A stretch of DNA of 51,492 nucleotides, filler included. It is 3 parts of 3 records of this genome, joined end to end, with 100 filler letters (N's around TTAATTAATTAA, not from the genome) between each part and the next. Parts side by side here need not be neighbours in the genome. Positions count along the whole stretch, not along the records: positions 32,648 to 51,492 come from DRR378314_2801; 2 more parts are not named here. One strand, given 5' to 3'. Below the pieces are notes generated by a model. It was given only the letters and a program-made list of their open reading frames with translations. It searched no databases and was not told where the DNA came from. The position numbers and the translations under genes were made by a program. Positions within the stretch are counted from its first letter, which is position 1. The number at the start of each line of letters is the position of its first letter. Positions 41,648 to 51,492 of the stretch are shown one piece after another.

Positions 41648-42151
41648 TCAGAACAGTTCCAGATCGTTACCGCGTGCCGGTGCTGCTGGCGGGATGATTT
41701 CAATCTCTGTGGTGTGATGTGCCTTAACCCGCGCCGCACCTGTTGTTGGCGTAAAGACAACATTGCGCGACACCGTACCGCCAAGGGAGCTGGACACGCA
41801 TTCAATATTTTCCATGGCAAGAAAATTGGTTGCAAACGCGCAGTTGGAGGGGCCGATTTCCGACAGGCCCTTGATCATCTGGGCCCCGCCAAACGCCTTG
41901 GCCAGCAGACGTGTGCGGCTTGCCCCCATTTTCAGAAGATCATTGATCAGCAGTTCCATCGCATTGATGCCCGACAGATCGCTTTTCGCAGCGTTGCAGG
42001 TGGTGGAGGCCAATAAAATATGGTTCATCCCACCCACTTCAGCAATGGGATCCCACAGGCAGCAGGCCACGCAAGAACCCAGCAAGGTTGAAATTGTGAC
42101 GGCCGGATCGGCCGAGGTCTGAAATTCGCCCTGCGTGATAACCAGGTTCAT
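41648..42151 (-). CDS. cheD: Chemoreceptor glutamine deamidase CheD
   Basis: ITQGEF, TLLGSCVACCLWD, GGMNHILL, AKAFGGA, SLGG. Confidence 0.93.
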   Translation of the reverse strand: MNLVITQGEFQTSADPAVTISTLLGSCVACCLWDPIAEVGGMNHILLASTTCNAAKSDLSGINAMELLINDLLKMGASRTRLLAKAFGGAQMIKGLSEIGPSNCAFATNFLAMENIECVSSSLGGTVSRNVVFTPTTGAARVKAHHTTEIEIIPPAAPARGNDLELF

Positions 42152-43257
42152 TCTTGCCTCTCCCCAATCCGCTGCGCCTCAGCATGTGCGGCTATTGCGC
42201 GGTTAACGGCACCACCGATTTTCTCAGGCGGCAATTGCAGGTCAACGGCCCCCAGTTCAAAGGCCGCACGCGGCATCCCGTATATGACGCAGCTTTGCTG
42301 ATCCTGTCCGATGGTTCGTGCACCGCCAGCGTGAAGTTGCAAAAGCCCCTCCGCCCCGTCCCTACCCAGGCCTGTCAGGATAACCGCGATGATATCACGC
42401 CCGTATTGCGCTGCGGATTTGAACAGCACATCCACAGAGGGGCAATGCCGCGACAGGTCATCCTGTTTCGAGAAACGGCAGATCCATTGCCGGTCCTTAC
42501 ACAGGATTTCAGTATGACGGCCCTGCGCCGGGGCAAGCCGTACCTGCCCTGGATGCAAGACCTCGCCCGCGCGCGCGATGCCCACATTCTGCGCCAGGTT
42601 CCGGTTAAGCAATTGCGAAAAACTGACAAGGAAAGCACCGGGCATATGTTGTACAATCACCACCGGCGGGCCGTCGGCATCAAGCCCGGCCAAGACATGT
42701 TCAATCGCATTTACCCCACCGGTCGACGCGCCGATCAAAACCAACGGCATTTGATGGTCGTCATCGATAGGCAGTGACGATGCCGACAACCGACCTGTGA
42801 TCCCCGGCGGCGGGATAACCTTGCTACAAGCGGCGGAAAAAACCCGCCGGCACATGTCACGCCGACCTTTCGGGCCGGGAACGATGGTGGGTTTTACGAT
42901 GCAGTCAATTGCACCTGCAGTCAGCGCGGTAATGGTCGCCTCTGAGTTCTGATGCGTTGTCGCCGAAATCATCACCACCGGCATCGGACGCAAGGTCATC
43001 AGTTTTACCAGAAACTCCAGCCCGTTCATCCCGGGCATGTCAATGTCCAGGGTCACGACATTGGGGTCAGTATCTCTGATCACCTGACGGGCGGTCAGGG
43101 CACAGCTGGCCTCGCCTACCACGATCAGGCGGGGATCCTCCTCAAACACCCCACGCAGCCAACGCCGGATACTGCGAGAATCATCAATAATCACCACCCG
43201 TTTGCGTTTTGAGCGGTGCAACATGCGACCGCCGAAATCCAGTTCCTGATCCTGCAT
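42148..43257 (-). CDS. cheB: Chemotaxis methylesterase CheB (REC plus esterase)
   Basis: IIDDS, TLDIDMPGMNG, IGASTGG, VQHMP, PSVDVLF, LTGLGRDGAEG; start may be 43224. Confidence 0.93.
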   Translation of the reverse strand: MQDQELDFGGRMLHRSKRKRVVIIDDSRSIRRWLRGVFEEDPRLIVVGEASCALTARQVIRDTDPNVVTLDIDMPGMNGLEFLVKLMTLRPMPVVMISATTHQNSEATITALTAGAIDCIVKPTIVPGPKGRRDMCRRVFSAACSKVIPPPGITGRLSASSLPIDDDHQMPLVLIGASTGGVNAIEHVLAGLDADGPPVVIVQHMPGAFLVSFSQLLNRNLAQNVGIARAGEVLHPGQVRLAPAQGRHTEILCKDRQWICRFSKQDDLSRHCPSVDVLFKSAAQYGRDIIAVILTGLGRDGAEGLLQLHAGGARTIGQDQQSCVIYGMPRAAFELGAVDLQLPPEKIGGAVNRAIAAHAEAQRIGERQE

Positions 43258-43490
43258 CCCTGATCCTTACGCCGTTTGCGTCTGGCGGATTGCGCCGATG
43301 CTGACACCCGCTACATGCCGGGTCCTTGGTCTGGCAAAAGGATGAAGGATACATGAAAACACGAGGCTGGTAGTGGGAAAACTCGTTCAAATGCGGCTAT
43401 AGCGCCACCTGTCCGCGGACTTAGAGTGGGGCGGCCCTCTGCATGGCAATGGTTTACGAGAAGGACAATACTAGCAAAGACTGGCCGGGA

Positions 43491-44012
43491 TCAGAGTGGT
43501 TTCAACCCTTGCCGAAACCGGGCGGCGTTTTCGGTATAGTGACGCGCCGAGGCGGTCAGCCCAGCAATCGCGGCGGCATCAAGTTCCCGCACCACTTTCC
43601 CCGGTACGCCCATCACCAAGGACCCGTCAGGGATCACCTTGTTCTCGGTGATCAGCGCCCCGGCCCCAATCAGGCAATTCTTACCGATCTTAGCCCCGTT
43701 CAACACAGTGGCCCCCATGCCGATCAGTGAGTTGTCGCCAATGCTACAGCCATGCAGCATCACCTTATGGCCAATGGTACAATCTGCACCGATGGTCAGC
43801 GGGCATCCCGGATCTGTGTGGAACACACAGTTTTCCTGCACATTGCTGCCTTTGCCCACATGGATGACCTCATTGTCGCCGCGCAGGGTTGATCCGAACC
43901 AGACAGAGGCCCCTGCCTCCAGCACGACATTGCCGATAACATTGGCATCAGGTGCCACCCATGCGCTGTCATCCACGGTAGGTTTGATATCGGCCAAGGC
44001 ATAAAGGGTCAT
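43491..44012 (-). CDS. Gamma-carbonic anhydrase family (YrdA/CaiE-like) hexapeptide-repeat protein
   Basis: [29 protein letters not shown]. Confidence 0.9.
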   Translation of the reverse strand: MTLYALADIKPTVDDSAWVAPDANVIGNVVLEAGASVWFGSTLRGDNEVIHVGKGSNVQENCVFHTDPGCPLTIGADCTIGHKVMLHGCSIGDNSLIGMGATVLNGAKIGKNCLIGAGALITENKVIPDGSLVMGVPGKVVRELDAAAIAGLTASARHYTENAARFRQGLKPL

Positions 44013-44665
44013 GCGTCTTCCTCAAATTCGGTCTGCAACTTGCGCACATGATCCAGCAGACGCGGCTGTTGTGCAACACGCATCCGTTCAGCACGAATGA
44101 TCGTCTTCAGCTTTTCCTCGGTCTCGGTCAGCTCGTCATTCACAAGGACGTAGTCATACCCGTCCCAATGGCTTATCTCGTCCCAGCTTTTCCGCATCCG
44201 TTTTGAAATTGTCTCCATGTCGTCCTGATTGCGACTGATAAGACGGCGTTTCAACTCCGGTATCGACGGGGGCAGGATAAAGATCGAAAGCGTATGTGAC
44301 CCCAGGGCAGATTTCTGGATTTGCTGCGCGCCTTGCCAGTCAATGTCAAACAGGACATCCCGCCCTGCACTGATCGAGGCTTCGACCGGGGCCTTGGGAG
44401 AACCGTAATTGTTCCCGAAAACATGGGCATGCTCCAACATTTCGGAGTCAGAAACCCATTTGCGGAAATCCGCCTGCGTCACGAAATAGTAATCCTTGCC
44501 CTCAACCTCGCCCTCACGCGGCGCACGTGTGGTGGCGGAGATCGAGAATTGCAACGAAGGGTCCCATTCCATTAAACGCTTTGCCAGCGTCGATTTCCCC
44601 GCCCCCGAGGGCGAGCTGAGGATGATCAAAAGGCCCCGTCTTTCGGCTGTTTCCCGGCTCATCAC
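44009..44665 (-). CDS. gmk: Guanylate kinase
   Basis: [38 protein letters not shown]. Confidence 0.97.
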   Translation of the reverse strand: MMSRETAERRGLLIILSSPSGAGKSTLAKRLMEWDPSLQFSISATTRAPREGEVEGKDYYFVTQADFRKWVSDSEMLEHAHVFGNNYGSPKAPVEASISAGRDVLFDIDWQGAQQIQKSALGSHTLSIFILPPSIPELKRRLISRNQDDMETISKRMRKSWDEISHWDGYDYVLVNDELTETEEKLKTIIRAERMRVAQQPRLLDHVRKLQTEFEEDA

Positions 44666-45556
44666 TTACTCCACATTCTGTACTTGTTCGCGCATCTGAT
44701 CGACCACCGCCTTCAGCGCCAACCCGATGGTCGTCAATTCCTTCATCTGCGCTTTGGAACACAGGGTATTGGCCTCGCGGTTGAATTCCTGTGTCAGGAA
44801 ATCCAGCTTGCGCCCCACCGGGCCGCCCTCTGCCAGCAATGCGCGGGCGGCGGCAACATGTGCCTTCAGGCGGTCGACTTCTTCGGTGATGTCCGTTTTC
44901 ACCGCGATCAGCGCCAGTTCCTGTGCCAACCGCGCGGCGTCCACCCCTTCGGCATTGTCCAGTACGCGGGCCAGATTGCTGCGCAGGGTTGCAGACATTT
45001 CGGCCTGTCGGGCGGGGATCAGAGCCGCGGCTTGGCCGGTCAGCTCTTCGATCTTGTCCAACTGGCCGGATAGAACAGCATGAAGGGCGGCCCCTTCCTG
45101 CGCTCGCATCGCATTGAAATCATTCAAGACCGCGTCAAAATCTGCCAGCAGCAGCTGACACAGGGCGGCGGCGTCATCGTCGAAACTCGCCTGTTCCAAC
45201 ACGCCGCGCATGGTCACGATGTCGGTGGCCTTGGACGGTGCCAGCGACACACCGGCATCCATCGCCCGCTCTTCAATCTGATGCAGCGCGGACAGCACAG
45301 TTTCCAGCTGCGCCGCGTTCACCGCCAGAGTGCCACCTGCCTCTTCCCGGTTCAGACGCAGATTACAGGTGATATTGCCACGCGCCACAGAGGCCGACAG
45401 CTTCTTGCGCAGCCCGGCTTCCAAGCCTTCCACCCAGTCGGGCACCCGCAGACGCAGATCCTGTCCACGCCCGTTCACTGCACGCACCTCCCACCCCCAG
45501 CTGAACGGCGCATCGGCCCCGCTGGCGGATGCAAAACCGGTCATCGAATTGATCAT
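44666..45556 (-). CDS. yicC: YicC/YloC family endoribonuclease
   Basis: MINSMTGFA, EVRAVNGR, DITEEVDRL, GRKLDFLTQEFNREANTLCSK, QMREQVQNVE; upstream of gmk. Confidence 0.95.
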   Translation of the reverse strand: MINSMTGFASASGADAPFSWGWEVRAVNGRGQDLRLRVPDWVEGLEAGLRKKLSASVARGNITCNLRLNREEAGGTLAVNAAQLETVLSALHQIEERAMDAGVSLAPSKATDIVTMRGVLEQASFDDDAAALCQLLLADFDAVLNDFNAMRAQEGAALHAVLSGQLDKIEELTGQAAALIPARQAEMSATLRSNLARVLDNAEGVDAARLAQELALIAVKTDITEEVDRLKAHVAAARALLAEGGPVGRKLDFLTQEFNREANTLCSKAQMKELTTIGLALKAVVDQMREQVQNVE

Positions 45557-45710
45557 GCGCGTCCTTCCTTATGGCCAAGCGGCCTTTTGACAATTTGTCC
45601 TTAGTTCCCTGTGCAATAGGTCGAAACACACCCGGGGGGCAAGCCTCTGCCCCCTGCTGCGCATTAACCAGTTGAGCAGAAACCAGCACAATTGCCTCAA
45701 AACGATGATA

Positions 45711-45726
45711 TTAAGTTTTTGGTAAC
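45711..45726 (+). promoter_or_regulatory. CtrA-box-like site upstream of the PAS gene
   Basis: TTAA-GTTTTTG-GTAAC, one mismatch; a TTAACC half-site lies at 45664. Confidence 0.5.
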
Positions 45727-45824
45727 ATAGCTGCTTGGGGGCAGTGCAAGATGCGGGATCGGCGTGACGACCAGTGATGGGGCGCCTGCCCCGTTTCGCG
45801 GTAACAAGGCTTGGATCAAGTTTC

Positions 45825-46559
45825 ATGGACAACTCTCCACATAAGGCGCAGAATGTCATTGCTATGACAGATTATCAGTCGGACACCGGGTATAGTGCAA
45901 TTGCGCAGATCGAAGCCTATTGGGAAGCGATCCGCGGCACACGCTTGCTGCCGAAACGGTCAGACATTGATCCCCGCGGTATCGAACAGGCGCTTGAGAA
46001 TGCCTTTATCCTTGAACGGATTGCGCCTGGCATTGCCAGATTGCGTATCGCGGGCAGTCACCTAAACGATCTGATGGGGATGGAAGTGCGCGGCATGCCG
46101 CTGACCTCTTTTTTTATGCCTGCTGCCCGCCCGGTTGTCTCTGACCTGCTTGAGGTGGTTTTCCAGACACCGGCGATCAGCACCCTGCGGCTGACCTCCG
46201 CCGCATCGGGGACGCGCCCCGCGCTGGAGGCCCGGATGATCCTCTTGCCGTTGAAAAGTGATCTGGGGGACGTCAGCCGTGTGCTGGGTGGGTTTGTCAG
46301 CAAAGGCGACATGGGGCCAGCCCCGCGCCGTTTTGAGGTATTGACCAAAGAGGTGCTACATATCGCAACCGGGCACCCCCCGATGCCAGCCCCCCAGCCC
46401 GTCCTCCCGCAGCCCGAACCAAGGATGACCGAACGGCACAGACCCCAAGGGTTTGCAGAGGATCAGGCACCCTATCGCACGAAAACCGACAAAAAACGCC
46501 CGCCTTACCTGCGGCTGGTCAAATCAGATAACGGAACTCTGGATCAGGATTCGAGCTGA
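45825..46559 (+). CDS. Stand-alone PAS-domain protein (PAS_5/DUF1457-like)
   Basis: AYWEAIRG...PKRSDIDPRGI...FILER...RIAGSHL...GMEVRG...LLPL; C-terminal RPPYLRLVK. Start uncertain. Confidence 0.8.
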   Translation: MDNSPHKAQNVIAMTDYQSDTGYSAIAQIEAYWEAIRGTRLLPKRSDIDPRGIEQALENAFILERIAPGIARLRIAGSHLNDLMGMEVRGMPLTSFFMPAARPVVSDLLEVVFQTPAISTLRLTSAASGTRPALEARMILLPLKSDLGDVSRVLGGFVSKGDMGPAPRRFEVLTKEVLHIATGHPPMPAPQPVLPQPEPRMTERHRPQGFAEDQAPYRTKTDKKRPPYLRLVKSDNGTLDQDSS

Positions 46560-46571
46560 CACAGCGGCGGA

Positions 46572-46973
46572 TCAGACCAGCAAGCGGGTGAAATACACCC
46601 CACCGGCTGCGGATACAGCGGTCAATGCCGTGCCCCATATCAAGTCCGTCACAACCATATCCCATGTCCAGTCCTTCATCACCGCAAGATTGGTAAACTC
46701 ATAGGTGCCATAGCCCATGGCACCTATCAAAGCGGCATTGCCCAGCACCCAAAGCAGGGATTTTTCCTGTGTCATCGCAGGCCATGACACAAACCAAAGC
46801 AACACGGCGATGTAAAAGGCGTAAAAGACGAACGCGGGCAGGATGCGAAACTCTTCCAGAAGCAAGGCACTGATATGTCTGTCAAAAACGGGTTTTACGA
46901 TATTGGTCAGCCCCAAATAGTCAAGACCAAGGAAAAGCACGAATGTCGTGAGATACAGGATAACAAGGCTCAT
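46572..46973 (-). CDS. DUF2177 family membrane protein
   Basis: LDYLGL, AFVFYAFY, YGTYEFTNLA, WTWDMVVTDLIWG. Confidence 0.85.
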   Translation of the reverse strand: MSLVILYLTTFVLFLGLDYLGLTNIVKPVFDRHISALLLEEFRILPAFVFYAFYIAVLLWFVSWPAMTQEKSLLWVLGNAALIGAMGYGTYEFTNLAVMKDWTWDMVVTDLIWGTALTAVSAAGGVYFTRLLV

Positions 46974-47061
46974 GAAGCAATCTCCGGTTTATTCGCCTAC
47001 ATCTGTGGCAGGTGCTGGAAAATTCAAATGTTCCTGTGAAAAACCTTGCAGATGTTCGCCG

Positions 47062-48360
47062 CTACAGCCGCTGAAACTGTGCTTCCTGCGCGGCAGACCA
47101 GCGCACGGTGATGTCAAACCCCTCGTCGGTCTGGGCTTCTTTCACCACAATGTCCTGTGCAAACAGCCACGCCCGTTTTTTCCCTTCGGCAAACCCCAGT
47201 GAAATATCCGCCTCGCGCACGGCCCCTTGCAGCGCCTCCGCCACATAGGCCTGCAAAGGCTCAAGCCCCTCGCCAGTGATCGCCGAAATGGCCAGCACAT
47301 CCTCGTCGCGCTCTGCCCTTGCACGCATGGCATCCGCATTTTCAGCGGGCAGCAGGTCAATCTTGTTCCAGATCTCGAATGTTGGGGTTTCCTTGGAGAC
47401 ACCAAGGGTGGTCATGATCTCGCGCACATCGCTGGCTTGTTCTTCGGTCTCCGCATGGCTGATGTCACGGACATGCAGGATGATGTCAGCGGCCAGCACC
47501 TCTTCCAATGTGGCGCGAAAGGCAGCGACCAGCTCGGTCGGCAGATCAGAGATGAACCCAACCGTATCCGATAGGATGATCTCTGGCCCATCGGGTAGTA
47601 CCAGACTGCGCATTGTCGGATCCAGCGTGGCGAACAGCATGTCCTTGGCCATCACATCCGCGCCGGTCAACCGGTTGAAAAGTGTGGACTTTCCCGCGTT
47701 GGTGTAGCCGACAAGCGCGACAATCGGAAATGGTACCTTGGCCCGCGCTGCACGGTGCAAGGCGCGGGTTTTGACAACTTTTTCCAACTGACGGCGCAGG
47801 CGCACCAGCTGATCGTCAATGGCACGGCGGTCGGCCTCGATTTGGGTTTCACCGGGGCCACCTACAAATCCAAGGCCGCCGCGCTGGCGCTCAAGGTGGG
47901 TCCAGGCGCGCACCAGACGGGTGCGTTGATAGTTCAACGCGGCCATTTCAACCTGCAAGACCCCCTCACGGGTGGCGGCGCGGTCACTGAAGATTTCAAG
48001 GATCAAACCGGTGCGGTCCAGCAGTTTGACGCCCCAGGCTTTTTCAAGATTGCGCTGCTGTACAGGGCTGACCGGACCGTCGACCAGCACCAGCTGGACA
48101 TCGTTTTCTTCCAGCAGGTCATGAACTTCCTTGATCTTGCCTTTGCCAAACAACTTGCCGGCATCAACATTGCGCAAAGGCACGATATCAGCACCGGCCA
48201 CTTCCAAGGCAGGCAGGGCACGCGCCAAGGAAACCGCTTCGGCCAAGGCCGGTACCGGGTCGCGGCGGTCAGGATTGCTGCGGATGTCAGGATGCAGGAC
48301 CCAGGCGCGGGTTACGCGAGGGCCTTCTGTATCATCAATCTGGAACTGCGCTTTACTCAA
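47062..48360 (-). CDS. hflX: Ribosome-associated GTPase HflX
   Basis: [50 protein letters not shown]; overlaps the hfq stop. Confidence 0.96.
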
Positions 48361-48596
48361 GAAGCGTCTTCGCCCTCATACAGGCTGATCGGCTGACTTG
48401 GCATGATTGTCGAGATGGCATGTTTATACACCAGCTGAGACTGGCCGTCACGGCGCAGCAACACGCAGAAATTGTCAAACCATGTGATGACACCCTGCAG
48501 CTTCACGCCATTGATCAGGAAAATGGTGACCGGTACTTTGGTCTTGCGCACGTGGTTCAGGAACGCATCCTGAAGGTTCTGTCTGTCAGACGCCAT
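48357..48596 (-). CDS. hfq: RNA chaperone Hfq (79 aa)
   Basis: [31 protein letters not shown]. Confidence 0.97.
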
Positions 48597-48764
48597 TGTT
48601 ATTCTCGATTCAGTTATTCTTGCCGGACTCCGCAGCGAGCCCTCCCCATACTGACCGACTATGAACTTGGGTGAAGGGAGTTTCCACCCCAAATTTTCCC
48701 GCTCTTGCTAGTTTAGACGCTAACAAGTGTCAGCCTTGCAACATGCACCCGGAAAGGGCCGGTG

Positions 48765-50303
48765 TTAGGATCGCCAAAGATCGGGTGTCAGCAGCGCAAT
48801 AATCGCCAATGTTTCGAGTCGTCCCAGCACCATTGCCCCGCAAAGGATCGCCTTGGCCGCCGGGGTCAGCTCGATCACCTTGATCGGTACATCTGCGGCA
48901 TATTGGGTCAGCGGGCCGGTGGTTGAAAGGCTGGCGACGGATAGCACCAACGCCTGTTCAAAGCTGCTGCCCGTCAGGGTCAAAAGCAACATGATGGCGG
49001 CCAGCGAGATGGCAAAAAGCATGAAGAAGATCCACGCAATAAAAGCACCGTTCGATTGCAACCGCCTGCCCGCCGCCCCTGCCCCGCTGACGGAATTGGG
49101 ATGCACCAGCCGTTCCATTTCACGGGTGCCATTCACATAAAGCGCAAACACCCGCAGCAGTTTCACACCACCCGCCGTTGTGGCCACGCCGCCGCCCGTC
49201 AGGGCCAGCCCCATCAGGACAAGCCCCGGCGTGTTCAAACCGGACCAGTTCTGCGCATCAACCCAATGTTCGGACACAAACCCGGTGGTGGTCAGGAAGG
49301 ACATCACTGTAAACACCGCCCCCCAAAGCGCATATGCGGCATCCGACAGGCTTTCCATGGATGCCACGTCAATGGCCCCGAGAAAATGACGCAGAAAGAT
49401 CAGCAGCGGCACTGCGAAAACAATGAACAAGCCGATGCGAAATTCGGGATCGGTGCGCAGCCCGCCTTGCGTGGCCGTTACCGTATCTTTGGAAAAGGTC
49501 AGCCGCGACAGGGCGAACAACATAAACAACAGCATCACGGCTTCGCCGGTGACACCGATATCGGCATTTTCGACCCCGCCCACCGGCGAAATCCCCGAGG
49601 TCGCCATGACTGACATCGCATGGCATAGGGCGGTCAACGGCCTGTCACCGCCCCCCAGCAGCAATAACCACAGCAATAGCGTCAGCCCGACATAGATCGG
49701 CAGCAGGGCCTTCATGGTACGGATCACCTTTTGGCGTGGATCAACTGGCATCATGCGGTGCGATTCACCGGTGTCGCGCCAGCCCGGTTCTGCCTGTGCT
49801 GTCACCTCAAACCCGCCAAGGTGCAGCGGTGCCAGAATGGCCGAGGCCGAGACCCACATCAACAGCCCTCCCAGCCAGCCAACCTGAGCGCGCCACAGAT
49901 GCAGCGTATCATTCAGCCGTCCGGGGTCCTGAAAAACCTTGGTCCCCGTGGTGGTCAAGGCGCTGACCATCTCGAAATAGGCATTGATGAAGCGCGTGGT
50001 CGGCAGGGTTTCGACAAAGGGGATTGCGAAATAGACCGGCAGGAAAACAAAAGCCGAGAACAGCGCCAACAACGGACCAAGTGCCGATTGTTGCGTGCGC
50101 CGCCCGTTCAGCACCACGGCCAGCATCGTAAACAGGATCATCCCCAGCAATCCCGCATAAAAGAACGCCCGCGCCCCTTCATGATCGCTGATCACCACCC
50201 CGTAGAGGGCCGGCACCATCATCGAGGCTGCACAAATGCCAAACAGCTGCAAAAACAGCGGCAGATGAGACAGCTCGTGGCGCATGGTGCGTTTGCGGTT
50301 CAC
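48765..50303 (-). CDS. trkH: Trk potassium uptake membrane protein TrkH
   Basis: FEMVSALTTTG, WRAQVGWLGG, TTTGF, TAGGVKLLR, LGRLE; downstream of trkA. Confidence 0.9.
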   Translation of the reverse strand: MNRKRTMRHELSHLPLFLQLFGICAASMMVPALYGVVISDHEGARAFFYAGLLGMILFTMLAVVLNGRRTQQSALGPLLALFSAFVFLPVYFAIPFVETLPTTRFINAYFEMVSALTTTGTKVFQDPGRLNDTLHLWRAQVGWLGGLLMWVSASAILAPLHLGGFEVTAQAEPGWRDTGESHRMMPVDPRQKVIRTMKALLPIYVGLTLLLWLLLLGGGDRPLTALCHAMSVMATSGISPVGGVENADIGVTGEAVMLLFMLFALSRLTFSKDTVTATQGGLRTDPEFRIGLFIVFAVPLLIFLRHFLGAIDVASMESLSDAAYALWGAVFTVMSFLTTTGFVSEHWVDAQNWSGLNTPGLVLMGLALTGGGVATTAGGVKLLRVFALYVNGTREMERLVHPNSVSGAGAAGRRLQSNGAFIAWIFFMLFAISLAAIMLLLTLTGSSFEQALVLSVASLSTTGPLTQYAADVPIKVIELTPAAKAILCGAMVLGRLETLAIIALLTPDLWRS

Positions 50304-50318
50304 CGGGGGCTTCCTGAC

Positions 50319-51492
50319 CTAGAAAAAGTCGATAGAGACTTGGAGCAACAGCTCGACCTGCGGCACGTCCTCGGCAAGCGCAAACATGGCAATCACATCC
50401 CCTTCTTCAATCCGGGTCTTGCCCAGCGGACGGATCACCTTGTCGCCCTTGCGCAGCATCCCGATCAGCACCCCTTCAGGGAAATCAATTTCGGACAGGC
50501 GTTTGCCGGCAATGGGCGAGGTTGACAGCACTTCGGCCTCAATCACCTCAGCCTCGGCATCGCCGATGGAGTAGACGGCCCGCACCCGCCCATGCCGGAT
50601 ATGGCGCAGGATCGAGGAAACTGTGGTTGCACGTGGGTTGATATAGGCGTCAATCCCCAGCGGTGTCATCAGCGGCACCAATGTGGGATCATTGATCAGC
50701 GCAATAACATAGGGGCAGCCCTCGGCCTTGGCACGTACACAGGCCAGCATGTTGGTCTTGTCGTCATCGGTAATCGCCAGCATCGCATCAGCCCGCGCAA
50801 TCCCCGCCTCGGCCAGCAGGGCGGCATCCAGACCATCGCCATTCAGCACAATTGTACGCTCCAGCCCCTCGGCAGCGCGTTCGGCACATTTGCGGTTCTT
50901 CTCGATCACCTTGGTGCGGATGCGGCGCGGATCATTCTCCAGTGCCTGCGCCACGGTCAGGCCAACGTTACCGCCGCCGACCAGCACCACCCGCTCCTGT
51001 TTCGAGGTCTTCTTGCCGAAAATCTCCATCGTGCGGGCAATGTCATCGCGATGGGTAAAGATATAGCAGTCGTCGCCGACAAACAGCTGATCCTTGGCCT
51101 CTGGGGCAAACAGGGTTCCGTCACGGCGCACCCCCACCACCACGGCCCGCAGCGTCGAAAACAGATCCGTCAACTGGCGCAGCGGTGTGTGGATAATCGG
51201 GCAATCTTCCTCAATGGTGATGCCCAGCAGATGCGCCATCCCATCCATAAAGACCTCGGTGTCAAAAGACGCCGGTGCCGACAACCGTTGCAATGCAGCG
51301 GCGGCGACTTCCTTTTCCGGGCTGATCACCACGTCAATCGGCATGTGATCGCGCCGGTACAGATCAGAGTAAATCGCATCAAGATAGGATTGACTGCGCA
51401 GCCGCGCGATCTTGCGGTTGATGCCGAAAACCGAATGAGCCACCTGACAGGTGACCATGTTAACCTCATCCGAATGGGTTGCGGCGATGATC
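50319..51492 (-). CDS. trkA: Trk potassium uptake RCK subunit TrkA (5' end outside the window)
   Basis: NMVTCQVAH, ISPE, VGGGNVG, LNGDGLD, TDDDKTN, INPRATTVSSILRHIR. Confidence 0.95.
   Translation of the reverse strand, partial: IIAATHSDEVNMVTCQVAHSVFGINRKIARLRSQSYLDAIYSDLYRRDHMPIDVVISPEKEVAAAALQRLSAPASFDTEVFMDGMAHLLGITIEEDCPIIHTPLRQLTDLFSTLRAVVVGVRRDGTLFAPEAKDQLFVGDDCYIFTHRDDIARTMEIFGKKTSKQERVVLVGGGNVGLTVAQALENDPRRIRTKVIEKNRKCAERAAEGLERTIVLNGDGLDAALLAEAGIARADAMLAITDDDKTNMLACVRAKAEGCPYVIALINDPTLVPLMTPLGIDAYINPRATTVSSILRHIRHGRVRAVYSIGDAEAEVIEAEVLSTSPIAGKRLSEIDFPEGVLIGMLRKGDKVIRPLGKTRIEEGDVIAMFALAEDVPQVELLLQVSIDFF

Overview
The window joins three unrelated contigs with artificial 100-nt spacers (44 N + TTAATTAATTAA + 44 N at 23879-23978 and 32548-32647), so adjacency across spacers has no biological meaning. 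(1) 1-23878 is eukaryotic (protist-like, CpG-rich, GT-AG introns). By hand-splicing I rebuilt IBA57/CAF17, COQ8/ABC1, an AIFM3-like Rieske-FAD oxidoreductase, an NT-C2 (EEIG1/FAM102-like) gene and an N-BAR gene; there is also an intronless three-thioredoxin membrane protein and about 5 kb I could not explain. (2) 23979-32547 is a high-GC gammaproteobacterium (Alcanivorax/Pseudomonas-like order): nqrB, nqrA, long-form GAPDH, tesB, mfd, with GTGG-type REP hairpins. (3) 32648-51492 is a Rhodobacteraceae (roseobacter-like) contig: ppx/gppA, an Stf0 sulfotransferase, a small-protein/metF/methyl-THF:corrinoid methyltransferase operon, a receptor-less chemotaxis cluster (STAS, cheY, cheA, cheW, cheR, cheY, cheT-like; inverted cheB-cheD), gamma-CA, gmk, yicC, a PAS protein, DUF2177, hflX, hfq, trkH, trkA. 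I see no CRISPR, prophage, transposase or RNA gene, and no clearly new system. The best leads are the methyl-folate operon with its uncharacterised small protein and possible GlxA/GbdR-type operator, a CheZ-motif CheT-like protein, and the eukaryotic Fe-S/ubiquinone/Rieske gene neighbourhood. All family calls come from motif recognition, not database searches.
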